Source: Candidatus Bathycorpusculum termitum
Lineage (GTDB): Archaea > Thermoproteota > Bathyarchaeia > Bathyarchaeales > Bathycorpusculaceae
DNA length: 64,000 bases
NCBI GenBank assembly: GCA_031254875.1
Contig: JAIRTW010000002.1
Location: forward strand, 7,899-71,898
Direction: 5' to 3'
A program made the position numbers and the translations under genes. The notes under the pieces are model-generated. The model worked only from the letters and a program-made list of their open reading frames with translations, was not told where the DNA came from and did no database searches. Shown in pieces: positions 49,900 to 58,627 of the stretch (position 1 is its first letter; each line of letters starts with the position of its first letter).

Positions 49900-51387
49900 C
49901 TATTTAGTCAGGCTCTTAAGGTACTTTAGGATAAGTTGCGGTTGGTCAAAAGCGGTTCCCAGAGCCTTCTTTGGGTTTTTGATGTGATTTAGGAGTGAGA
50001 GCTGCTTATACTGGGCAAGGGCCTCAGCCGCTATTTCCTTAATGTCTGCAGGAGTAAAATCTGGAGTGGTGATAAGAGACATGCCGCTGGGCTGGCGGGC
50101 CTGCGCAAAAGCATTCCACGACAAATCCGCATCAATGTATCCTTTGGCTTTGCAATCTTCATAGAGGTGGGTACCATAAGAGGGCGTAGCCATAAACAGA
50201 TGCATCCCAACATCGTATTTCCGCTTCAACTCAAGCGCAAAATCGACGGTGCGCCACATATTTTCCTTTGTTTCTCCGGGGAATCCAATGATGTAGAAGG
50301 CGCCGGTTTTTAATCCAATTGCTTTAGCGTTCTTGGCAAATTCAACCACACGATTGAGATCAAGGCTTTTGCAGATCACATTATCGAGGATTTGTTGGTC
50401 TCCAGATTCTACACCTATAAAGATGCTCTTAGCGCCTGATTTCTTCATTTTTTTGAGTAATGTTATATTGAGGCAGTCTGCTCTGACGCCGTTTGGGGTT
50501 TCCCAGCCGATTCTTATTTTCCGCTCAATTAAACCATCACAGATGGCTTCAAAGCGTTTAAGATCTAAAGTGAGGTTGTCATCTTCGAAAAAGATGTTTT
50601 TCACCCCATATTTGTCCACGACATATTGTATATGATCTAAGACGTAGGCTGCGGAGTGAGCACGAAAACCCTGCCCCATATGGAGATGCACAGCGCAAAA
50701 ACAACAATTAAACGGGCAACCGCGGCTGGTTACCATAGATATTGCTCGGTTTTGGAAGCTACGGTATCCGATGTGTTTAGGGTTGAGATACTGCGCCATA
50801 TCGACTAAATTGTAAGCGGGGTAGGGCAGTTCATCTAGATTAGTCATGAAGGGATAAGGAGAGTTTACGATAACACTGCCGTTTTGGCGATAAGCGAGAC
50901 CTTTAATTTCGCCAAGCGATTTTTTATCCTCATATCGCTTGGCAATTTCAAGCATGACATACTCGCCTTCGCCACAGACGGCTATATCAACAGTTTGGGC
51001 TTCCTCAAGAAACTCTTTAGGCACCAAAGTCACATGCGGGCCCCCTACAACGGTTAAGATGGCTGGGTCAACTTCTTTGGTAACCCTGCTGGTTTTGAGG
51101 GCATTACCTATCTGGCTGGTAAAAGGACCAGCGATACCGACGATGTCGGGCTTGCGTGTTTGGATTTCCTGCCCTATCTGAGCAAAGGACAAGCCAACGG
51201 TGACTATTTCTCCGGTATGCTCAAACCCATCGCCCATAAAAAAGGCATCTAAAATCTCCACTTGATAACCAGCGTTTTGGAGCACCGCAGCTATATACAT
51301 CAAGCCTATGGGCAAGTTGCCTGCCGGCGACTCAGAGCCTGGATAGAAGGTCTGGGGAGGATTAATCAGGAGGATCTTCATCAGCAT
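49900..51387 (-). CDS. Cobalamin-binding radical SAM protein
   Basis: LLINPP, PIGLMYIAA, GGPHVT, SRGCPFNCCFC, FEDDN, GVESG. Confidence 0.92.
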   Translation of the reverse strand: MLMKILLINPPQTFYPGSESPAGNLPIGLMYIAAVLQNAGYQVEILDAFFMGDGFEHTGEIVTVGLSFAQIGQEIQTRKPDIVGIAGPFTSQIGNALKTSRVTKEVDPAILTVVGGPHVTLVPKEFLEEAQTVDIAVCGEGEYVMLEIAKRYEDKKSLGEIKGLAYRQNGSVIVNSPYPFMTNLDELPYPAYNLVDMAQYLNPKHIGYRSFQNRAISMVTSRGCPFNCCFCAVHLHMGQGFRAHSAAYVLDHIQYVVDKYGVKNIFFEDDNLTLDLKRFEAICDGLIERKIRIGWETPNGVRADCLNITLLKKMKKSGAKSIFIGVESGDQQILDNVICKSLDLNRVVEFAKNAKAIGLKTGAFYIIGFPGETKENMWRTVDFALELKRKYDVGMHLFMATPSYGTHLYEDCKAKGYIDADLSWNAFAQARQPSGMSLITTPDFTPADIKEIAAEALAQYKQLSLLNHIKNPKKALGTAFDQPQLILKYLKSLTK

Positions 51388-51591
51388 GCCCGGGACTATT
51401 TAGGTCCCACACAAATATAAGTTAACGTATACATGCCTTTTTAGATGCTTAAATTTATCAGCTGATCTTGTGTAAACTGGTTTCTGTAAGGCATAATCTG
51501 TTATTGCCAGGCGACAACAACATATATTTATGAGCGGTTATTCGGCTCTATTCTTGTTTACTTTTCCGTAGTATATTAGGAGGTGAATTTT

Positions 51592-51912
51592 TTGAGTACA
51601 CGAACTGAAGAAACAAGAAAGGGTAAAATGACCGTTGCTGAAGCAGGCAGGAAAGGCGGACAAAAAACAGCATCAACACATGGGCGGGAATTCTATGAAG
51701 AAATCGGACGCAAAGGCGGAGAAAAAGTTTCAGCTGAACGAGGACCAGAGTTTTACAGCGAAATAGGTAGCAAAGGAGGTTCTGAGCGGGCAAAACAGCA
51801 TGAAGGCACAAAAGAAGCAGAAGGTAAAACCAGTCTCGAAGAAGCAGGACACCGCGGCGGTCAAAGAGTTCGGCGCCTAATTCAAGCCGGAAAGGAACAT
51901 GAATCACGCTGA
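51592..51912 (+). CDS. KGG-repeat / group-1 LEA (GsiB/Em-like) hydrophilin 1
   Basis: 20-aa repeats GRKGGQKTASTHGREFYEEI and GRKGGEKVSAERGPEFYSEI; GGAGGTG RBS 6 nt before the TTG. Confidence 0.88.
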   Translation: MSTRTEETRKGKMTVAEAGRKGGQKTASTHGREFYEEIGRKGGEKVSAERGPEFYSEIGSKGGSERAKQHEGTKEAEGKTSLEEAGHRGGQRVRRLIQAGKEHESR

Positions 51913-51980
51913 CCCGGCGAGTTTCCAATGTTTTGTTCCACTACCTAGCTTTTAATTTTTGAGATGGAGGTGAAATTTTT

Positions 51981-52169
51981 TTGGAAGAAAGAAAAGGAAA
52001 AATGACTGTAGAAGAGGCAGGACGTAGAGGCGGATTGAAAACAGCTGAAACGCATGGAGAAGAATTCTACAGCGAAATCGGACGCAAAGGCGGAAGGATT
52101 GGCGGACCAAAAGGAGGGGAACGCGTCCGAAAGCTCATCCAAGAAGGAAAAAAACACGAGAATAAATAG
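51981..52169 (+). CDS. KGG-repeat hydrophilin 2
   Basis: GKMTVEEAGRRGG...HGEEFYSEIGRKGG; GGAGGTG RBS; TTG start. Confidence 0.88.
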   Translation: MEERKGKMTVEEAGRRGGLKTAETHGEEFYSEIGRKGGRIGGPKGGERVRKLIQEGKKHENK

Positions 52170-52354
52170 CACACCAACACCCGTTATTTTGTTTTTTCAT
52201 TTTTGTCTATTGTAAACATATCCCTAAAGACTAGAAACAGGATTTTTGCTGTTGCTGTACATGAATAGCCACATATGTTTAAGAATAATGTTTGGGGCTA
52301 GACAACTGGAAGAAAAACAAAGCGACTGTTTAACTTTTTTTGGAGGTGAAATGT

Positions 52355-52603
52355 TTGAGTGAAGACAAAAGAAGAGGCAAAATGACCGTTGAAGAAGCAG
52401 GGCGTCTCGGAGGAGAAAGAACCGCTGAAACACACGGCCCCGAATTTTACAGTACAATCGGTAGCAAGGGCGGGTCCCAAAGAGCCAAACAACATGAAGG
52501 CACACGTGCAGCAGAAGGCAAAACCAGCCTCGAAGAAGCAGGGCACCTCGGCGGACAGCGCGTCAGGAAACTGATTCAGGAAGGCAAAAGTTACGAGGAA
52601 TAA
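52355..52603 (+). CDS. KGG-repeat hydrophilin 3
   Basis: GKMTVEEAGRLGG...HGPEFYSTIGSKGG...GKTSLEEAGHLGG; GGAGGTG RBS 6 nt before the TTG. Confidence 0.88.
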   Translation: MSEDKRRGKMTVEEAGRLGGERTAETHGPEFYSTIGSKGGSQRAKQHEGTRAAEGKTSLEEAGHLGGQRVRKLIQEGKSYEE

Positions 52604-52673
52604 TAGCTTCAACATTCCTTTTTGAAAAATAGCCCATCTTTGAGGGATGGGGTTCTAACAGGAGGTGAAGATG

Positions 52674-52856
52674 TTGGCTGATTACCGAAAGAAGGGAACG
52701 ATGAGTGTTGAAGAAGCTGGACGCTTAGGCGGACAGAAAGGCGGGCGGAGAACTGCAGAAACTCATGGCAGGAAATTCTATGAGGAAATAGGACATAAGG
52801 GTGGGCAAAAAGTCCGAAGGCTTATCCAGGAAGGAAAAGCACACGAAAGGAAATAA
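52674..52856 (+). CDS. KGG-repeat hydrophilin 4
   Basis: GTMSVEEAGRLGG...HGRKFYEEIGHKGG; GGAGGTG at 52661-67 (ATG 52671 is an alternative start). Confidence 0.88.
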   Translation: MADYRKKGTMSVEEAGRLGGQKGGRRTAETHGRKFYEEIGHKGGQKVRRLIQEGKAHERK

Positions 52857-52900
52857 CTAGTTTTTTACAATTAACGCGTACTTGAAAGGAGGTGAAATGT

Positions 52901-53062
52901 TTGTCTGATAGAAGGAAAGGCAAAATGACCGTTGAAGAAGCAGGTCGCCGTGGAGGAGAAAAAACTGCTAAAACACACGGTCCCGAATTTTACAGTGAAA
53001 TTGGCCATAAAGGCGGTCAAAAAGTAAAAAGACTCATCGAAGAAGGCAAACAATACGAATAA
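52901..53062 (+). CDS. KGG-repeat hydrophilin 5 (53 aa; below the ORF-track cutoff)
   Basis: Manual translation: MSDRRKGKMTVEEAGRRGGEKTAKTHGPEFYSEIGHKGGQKVKRLIEEGKQYE; GGAGGTG 6 nt before the TTG. Confidence 0.88.
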   Translation: MSDRRKGKMTVEEAGRRGGEKTAKTHGPEFYSEIGHKGGQKVKRLIEEGKQYE

Positions 53063-53114
53063 AATTAACTCATAGTCAGTTCCTTTCTTTATTTTTTTAA
53101 CACAATATAAAACC

Positions 53115-53414
53115 ATGTTGGAGGTGGAATCAACGAGTGAACAAGTAACAGCTACCCGGCGCAGAGGAATCGGACAAGGGCGAGGCTCAAGAAGGCAGTA
53201 CACAAACAGAAACGGGAAAGCAGGACATGTCAGTCCAGCCATCATAGTAAAGTATCTCAAAGGTATGCGTTATCCTGCGGATAAAAAGAACATGATAAGT
53301 AGCGCCCAAAGCAAAGATGCCCCCGAAGACGTTATGAACTTGATTTCTAAACTTCCAGATAAAACTTACAATTCACCCATCGATATAACAAAAGAGATAG
53401 GCAAAATAGAATAA
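53115..53414 (+). CDS. DUF2795 family protein with an Arg/Gly-rich N-terminus
   Basis: YLKGMRYPADK..MI..A....AP..V...I.KLPDKTYNSP.DI; start codon uncertain. Confidence 0.8.
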   Translation: MLEVESTSEQVTATRRRGIGQGRGSRRQYTNRNGKAGHVSPAIIVKYLKGMRYPADKKNMISSAQSKDAPEDVMNLISKLPDKTYNSPIDITKEIGKIE

Positions 53415-53561
53415 TTAACCAAAGTAAACTCATTTTATTTTAAGTAGCAAATCAAGGCTTGAATAGGTAGAATTTTATTTGTGGCTTTTCGGAAACCCAC
53501 TATCCTATATGGCCTCTACTGCTAGAAGCATAGACAGTATATTTTGTTTGGAGGTGACTTT

Positions 53562-53756
53562 TTGACAGGCGAAAAGAAAAAAAAGATGACCCGGCAGGAA
53601 GCTGGCAAAAAAGGCGGCGAAAAAGTTGCTCGAGAGAGGGGAACTGAATTTTATCGAGAAATCGGCCGCAAAGGCGGAGAAAAAGTTTCAGCTGAACGAG
53701 GACCAGAGTATTATCGGAAAATCGGCAAAAAAGGTGGCGAAAAACGTAAAAAATAG
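53562..53756 (+). CDS. KGG-repeat hydrophilin 6 (strongly basic)
   Basis: KMTRQEAGKKGGEKVARERGTEFYREIGRKGGEKVSAERGPEYYRKIGKKGG; GGAGGTG 5 nt before the TTG. Confidence 0.88.
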   Translation: MTGEKKKKMTRQEAGKKGGEKVARERGTEFYREIGRKGGEKVSAERGPEYYRKIGKKGGEKRKK

Positions 53757-54157
53757 CACCGCTATTTTCTGTTAACAAAAATTAAATTGCTAACCCATTT
53801 GGGGTTATGAAAAATCCTTGTTTATATTCACTCACATAGTCACGTCAACATAGAGTGTATCTATATATAATGCAAGTTTATGGACACACCTGCCAAAGAT
53901 GCCCTTTGAGTTTCAAGAAGCTCTTCGACAGACGTTGTGCAGTTAGTTGAAAGGAAGATAGCCCCCATGCTCGATTCGCAGGGGGTGGAAGCGCCAAATT
54001 GATGCGGGAGTCCTCCAAGCAACGTTTAAGATACAGATACCTGATCAAACCCTACCAAGTGTGCCGCCAAGTCACATTCGAGGATGCGAAAGCTCAATGG
54101 AAATTTCCGAAAACTTGATGAGCCGCTTTAACAACAATTTGTGTAGGAGAGTTATTT

Positions 54158-54646
54158 ATGGCAGAGGATAAAAAAAGGGAAATAGTGGATTTTCTCAAAA
54201 AACAGGTAACAGTAGAGAAGGAAATCGTGGATTCTTTGGAGAAAGCACTTGTCGGCATGAAAAACCCTGCCGTCGAAGGCGTGTTGAGAGGCGTCTCGTT
54301 AGATTCTTTGAAACATGCTGATCTCTACACTTCAGCCGTCACCTTACTGTCTAGTACCCCTACTGCCTTAGCCCAAGAAGACCTTGATAAACAGCGGGCT
54401 CTTGTGGAGAAGCACATCGCGATAGAAGCTGAACTCATAAAAGTTCTCAAAGAAAAAATCCCCGAGATAGAGAATGATAAAGTGGTTTTTCTCCTAAATG
54501 CCATCCTCGAAGATGAATGCCGGCATCATGCCATCTTAAAGAGAGTTTTAGACATAATTGTGCATGGCGAAACCATAACGGAGGATGACTGGTGGGAGTT
54601 TCTCTGGGAAGGCTCACCTTTTCACGGCTCACCCGGCGGTGGATAA
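54158..54646 (+). CDS. Ferritin-like di-iron protein
   Basis: Four-helix metal motifs E.E, DSLKH, HIAIE, EDECRH; C-terminal WEGSPFHGSPGGG. Confidence 0.8.
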   Translation: MAEDKKREIVDFLKKQVTVEKEIVDSLEKALVGMKNPAVEGVLRGVSLDSLKHADLYTSAVTLLSSTPTALAQEDLDKQRALVEKHIAIEAELIKVLKEKIPEIENDKVVFLLNAILEDECRHHAILKRVLDIIVHGETITEDDWWEFLWEGSPFHGSPGGG

Positions 54647-54659
54647 GCAAAAAAGGCTG

Positions 54660-55601
54660 TTAGGTATTGTTGTTGCGAAAGATCTGCTGTGAGCCGTTCC
54701 AGGTTTCGTCAATTATCCACTGAAGTTGTTGCAACACTGAGGCTAACTGTTCACCCTTACTGGTTAAGCCGTAAGCTTTGGGGGTTTTTCTTACGAAAAC
54801 CAGCTTTTTGCCTTTTAATCCCCGCAGATACTTGTAGATTAGCCTCATCGATAATCCTGTTTCTTTGGCAAGTTTACCCGCAGAGATACCTTCGGCGGGG
54901 AGGGTTTCGTAGACTTTTCGTTCAGTAGTGCTGAAGGTTTCTTTGTTTGGGTCGCGTTTAGATTTGAAGAAAAAGATATAGTCACGTTCTTCAGGGGTTT
55001 CTATCAAACCAACTTCCCGGAGGCGTTTTAATATGCGGGAAGCAATTTTTGGTGAGAGAACAGTTTCTATATTTTCGAGGGTTTTGGGGCCCGTAAGCAA
55101 TACCGGTAGAAGCATTTCCTCATAACACTCTGAGTGAGCCGGCAGTACATCTACGAAATCGGGGAAGACACCCAGCACTTCAGTTAAACGTCCGCCGAAG
55201 TGGGTTGCATAGTATTCTTCACGAGATTCGTTAGCTAAACCTACTGCCATCAGCGGCTGGAGGTACTCTTCGTTTATGGTGTCTTGGCTGTGGGTGTGTC
55301 CGGTTTTTTTGAGTACCTGCTGAAGCTGGCTGACCGAACACCTGCTGTTAACTATAGCGTATAATATGTGGAGCCGGGTCTCATTTTTTAGGACGTTAAA
55401 CAATTCTTTGATGTAGTTGGGTTGATCCATGGCTGTTCGGAGATTGCGGAGTTCATTTTTTAGTTTGTAGGCTTGGCAGTGATTTATGCATTCAAGCGGT
55501 GAAGTGGGTGCGCAGTTGCGGCATTCGGCGTCGAGAGTTTTTAGCATTGTTGTGAGATTTAGTTTTTCGCAATTGCTGGTTGGTTGGAGGACATTACCCA
55601 T
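54660..55601 (-). CDS. Multi-wHTH transcriptional regulator with an N-terminal four-Cys motif
   Basis: CRNCAPTSPLECINHC followed by ArsR-like NETRLHIL and a second HTH, ISAGKLAKETGLSMRLIYKYL. Confidence 0.7.
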   Translation of the reverse strand: MGNVLQPTSNCEKLNLTTMLKTLDAECRNCAPTSPLECINHCQAYKLKNELRNLRTAMDQPNYIKELFNVLKNETRLHILYAIVNSRCSVSQLQQVLKKTGHTHSQDTINEEYLQPLMAVGLANESREEYYATHFGGRLTEVLGVFPDFVDVLPAHSECYEEMLLPVLLTGPKTLENIETVLSPKIASRILKRLREVGLIETPEERDYIFFFKSKRDPNKETFSTTERKVYETLPAEGISAGKLAKETGLSMRLIYKYLRGLKGKKLVFVRKTPKAYGLTSKGEQLASVLQQLQWIIDETWNGSQQIFRNNNT

Positions 55602-55688
55602 TTTGCTTAGTCTCCTTTCCGGCGTATGCCATTACGGGGAAGGGACAAAGATGGAGTGTGAACTGTTTGGTTAGCTGATAACCCGTCT

Positions 55689-55720
55689 TGACACGCGTCA
55701 TAATTTATGACAAGCGTCAT
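55689..55720. promoter_or_regulatory. Tandem palindromic operator, TGAC-N4-GTCA x2
   Basis: TGACACGCGTCA (55689-55700) and ATGACAAGCGTCAT (55707-55720) lie between two divergent regulator genes. Confidence 0.6.
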
Positions 55721-55766
55721 ACTTAAATAATTTACTCCCAAAAATAAAATATATTCGGGTGTAAAC

Positions 55767-56144
55767 TTGATACTGCCATGTGAAGTCGGAGTTAAAACAG
55801 TACTACCAGCCGTCAAAGCCATAATGGCACGAACCATCATGGAAAAACACGGCTACAACGAAAAACAAACCGCCACCCTCCTTGGCCTATCCCAATCCGC
55901 CATAAGCCGCTATGCCGGCAGAGAAAGAGGCACAAACCTCATAGCCATCGAAAACACCCCCGAAATTCTAGCCCGCATCGACCAAATGGTCCAATCACTG
56001 ATAAAAGAACCACAGAATAAAACCAAAGTCCTTGAACTCTTCTGCGAAATCTGTACCATCACACGAGAAAAAGGCTTAATGTGCCCCAAATGCGAAAAAC
56101 ATAGACCCAAAAATTGGACAGAAAAATGCTTCTTCTGCCGCTAA
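55767..56144 (+). CDS. COG2522-type HTH regulator with a Cys-rich C-terminus
   Basis: PCEV.VKTVLPAVKA.MAR, LLGLSQSAISRY..RERG; CEIC...MCPKC...CFFC. Confidence 0.8.
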   Translation: MILPCEVGVKTVLPAVKAIMARTIMEKHGYNEKQTATLLGLSQSAISRYAGRERGTNLIAIENTPEILARIDQMVQSLIKEPQNKTKVLELFCEICTITREKGLMCPKCEKHRPKNWTEKCFFCR

Positions 56145-56319
56145 CCACTCTTAACATTAATCGCTCACCAAAAATTGCTTCACTATCCTTTCAAAGTATA
56201 CACCAATTTTTTAGCGTTTTTATACAGAAAAAACCACAAAAGTAATAGAAATCAAACACAATTAATAACGTCAAATACAAGAAAAAATGTTTAGAATAGA
56301 CAAATGAAATAAAGTGAGA

Positions 56320-57492
56320 TTAGGCTCTTTTGGCGGCCTCAAACTCTTTCTTGAGACTGTCTGCCTTATCGGTTTTTTCCCAGGGTAACTCGTCGCGTCC
56401 AAAGTGGCCAAATGTTGCGGTCGGCTTGTAGATGGGTCTTAGTAGATTAAGCTGATCGATGATGGCTTTGGGACGCATATCAAAGTATTTTTTGACAAGT
56501 TCAAGGATTTGTTCATCAGACAGTTTACCGGTTTCATAGGTATTGATAAGCACAGATATGGGCTGGGCAACGCCGATAGCGTAACTGATTTGCACTTCGC
56601 ATTGGTCTGCCAATCCAGATGCAACAACGTTTTTGGCGATGTAGCGTGCCATGTAACATCCGCTTCTGTCTACTTTAGAGGGATCTTTACCGCTAAAACA
56701 TCCGCCGCCATGACTTCCGACGCCGCCATAGGTATCAACGATGATTTTTCTGCCAGTTAATCCTGAATCAGCAAGAGTCCCGCCGATGACAAAACGACCT
56801 GTGCCGTTGATAACATATTTGATGTCTTCTGGAATCAGTTCGCTAGGGATGACATATTTGATGATTTGTTCGACAATCTGTTTTTTAAGAACCCCATCTT
56901 CGATTGACCCGTTATTCTGTGCAGCTATAACAACTGTTTTGACGCATTTAGGCTTACCGTTTTCATATTCAACTGTAACCTGTGATTTACAGTCAGGACG
57001 CAGATAGGGCATAGTGCCATCCTTGCGCACTTCTGCGAGACGCTTTACAAGTTTGTGAGCAAGCAGAATAGGCAAAGGCATGAGTTCTTTGGTTTCATTG
57101 CTCGCATAGCCGAAAACCATGCCTTGATCACCCGCACCCTGTTCGTGACCAATGGATTCGTCAATGCCCATGGCAATGTCTGGGCTCTGGGCAGTCAACG
57201 AAACGAGGATACCACAAGTCTCCCAGTCCAAGCCATCTTTGGCGTTGTCAAAACCTATTTCTTTTAGGGTACTACGGACTATTTTCGGAATATCTACATA
57301 GGCACGAGTGGTGATTTGACCGGTAATTATGACTGTGCCCTGCATAACAATCGTTTCACAGTCGACACGGGCTTTGGGATCTTGGGTGAAAATGGCATCT
57401 AGGACGCTATCGGAAATTTGGTCTGCAACTTTATCTGGGTGACCTTCTCCTACAGATTCAGAGGTGAACAAGTATTTTCCGTTTCGTTTCAT
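56320..57492 (-). CDS. metK: S-adenosylmethionine synthetase, bacterial/eukaryal type
   Basis: [69 protein letters not shown]. Confidence 0.95.
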   Translation of the reverse strand: MKRNGKYLFTSESVGEGHPDKVADQISDSVLDAIFTQDPKARVDCETIVMQGTVIITGQITTRAYVDIPKIVRSTLKEIGFDNAKDGLDWETCGILVSLTAQSPDIAMGIDESIGHEQGAGDQGMVFGYASNETKELMPLPILLAHKLVKRLAEVRKDGTMPYLRPDCKSQVTVEYENGKPKCVKTVVIAAQNNGSIEDGVLKKQIVEQIIKYVIPSELIPEDIKYVINGTGRFVIGGTLADSGLTGRKIIVDTYGGVGSHGGGCFSGKDPSKVDRSGCYMARYIAKNVVASGLADQCEVQISYAIGVAQPISVLINTYETGKLSDEQILELVKKYFDMRPKAIIDQLNLLRPIYKPTATFGHFGRDELPWEKTDKADSLKKEFEAAKRA

Positions 57493-57997
57493 GGGTTTTT
57501 CTTCCGTTAAACAGCTATGTTAGGGGTACCTTACCGCCGGTTTTCTTATATGCCTTTCTGCTTAAAAAATTCTTTGGAATATATAACCTAACTCTATTGA
57601 TTTTGGACAACAAGATATTTGTAATAAACACAGATCAAGTGGCACATTATGGTGTTAACTTGGGTATGTGCCCATTATGACACTCATATAACGTGAATTT
57701 AGTATACATCCAAGCGGTATCCACTTTAGCACAGCTTAAGCCAAATACCGCATACGTACAACAAAAGAAAACAGAGCAACAAAACAGCAACATCTAAAAC
57801 CCAGAGCGCTACTGAGCAACAAACCGTCGGGTTTTCTTTTTGTCTCTGTGCGGTTACCATAAAGCCAGTTGGGAAAGAGTAGATTATTATAAACAACGCG
57901 AGCCAGGCATGTTAGTGAGATTTCAGCCATACCCGCGGGTGGTAGCAACGAATAAATTATAAGTACTCAGCCGTAGCTAGTATGTATAGGCAAGAAT

Positions 57998-58627
57998 ATG
58001 GCGACATCTTTAAAGAAATTCATGCAACAAATTGCGGAGAAAAAGGCACCCGGACCCTCCACGTCTTTCACTATATTCCATTTGTACTACACAATAGAGT
58101 TGTTGGCTGAGAGACCCCTTGGCAGAAACAAGCTAGCAGAGAAACTCCATGTCGGTGATGGGGCAATCCGCACCATCATCAGTCGGCTTAGGGGGGTAAA
58201 GTTGATTGAAACCTCCAAATGCGGCGCCAACTTGACTGTTAGAGGCAAAGAAATCTGGCGGCAGTTCGAAGCTGTTTTTCCTAAACAGGCAGATATACCC
58301 AAATCAGATTTGAACCCCTCTGAATTTAATCATGCCTATCTGGTGAGGGGGCAGGGGGAAAAAGTGGGTTCTGGCATCGATCAGCGGGATGCAGCCATCA
58401 TTGCAGGCGCACGCGAAGCTCTTGTTATAGTATACAGAGACGGGCATCTCTTGATTAAATCAGTGAGCAACAACATAGAGGAACAGTTTCCAAACGCCGC
58501 TAACCAGTTGCTTAAACAGCTAACCCCTCAAGATAATGATATAATTGTTGTGGCGGGTGCCGAGTCAGCATTAAAGGCTAAACGGGGGGCATTTGCCGCT
58601 ACCTGGTCGCTTATTAGCAGTGTCTAA
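57998..58627 (+). CDS. DUF4443-like HTH-containing protein
   Basis: GP...F..FHL..., GRNKLAEKLHVGDGAIRT, SGIDQRDAAI..GA. Confidence 0.7.
   Translation: MATSLKKFMQQIAEKKAPGPSTSFTIFHLYYTIELLAERPLGRNKLAEKLHVGDGAIRTIISRLRGVKLIETSKCGANLTVRGKEIWRQFEAVFPKQADIPKSDLNPSEFNHAYLVRGQGEKVGSGIDQRDAAIIAGAREALVIVYRDGHLLIKSVSNNIEEQFPNAANQLLKQLTPQDNDIIVVAGAESALKAKRGAFAATWSLISSV

Noticed and set aside
51592-53756. Repeats in the hydrophilin array as a possible CRISPR array
   Set aside because: The repeats are in-frame coding units with synonymous variation, there are no unique spacers, and no cas genes are present.
53760-54150. About 400-bp gap before the ferritin-like gene containing short ORF fragments
   Set aside because: No fragment has a recognisable motif or RBS and no convincing RNA fold was found; it may be a decayed gene.
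35279-57622. Similar 20-mers TTGGACAA.AAGATA.TT.T at 35279 (upstream of a radical SAM gene) and 57603 (upstream of metK), with partial copies at 30217 and 26490
   Set aside because: A SAM regulon is tempting, but the motif is non-palindromic, one copy lies between convergent genes, and a 17/20 match is plausible by chance in AT-rich intergenic DNA.
57493-57730. Possible SAM riboswitch upstream of metK
   Set aside because: A TATA-like box sits about 60 nt from the ATG, leaving a short leader, and no SAM-I/II consensus is visible.
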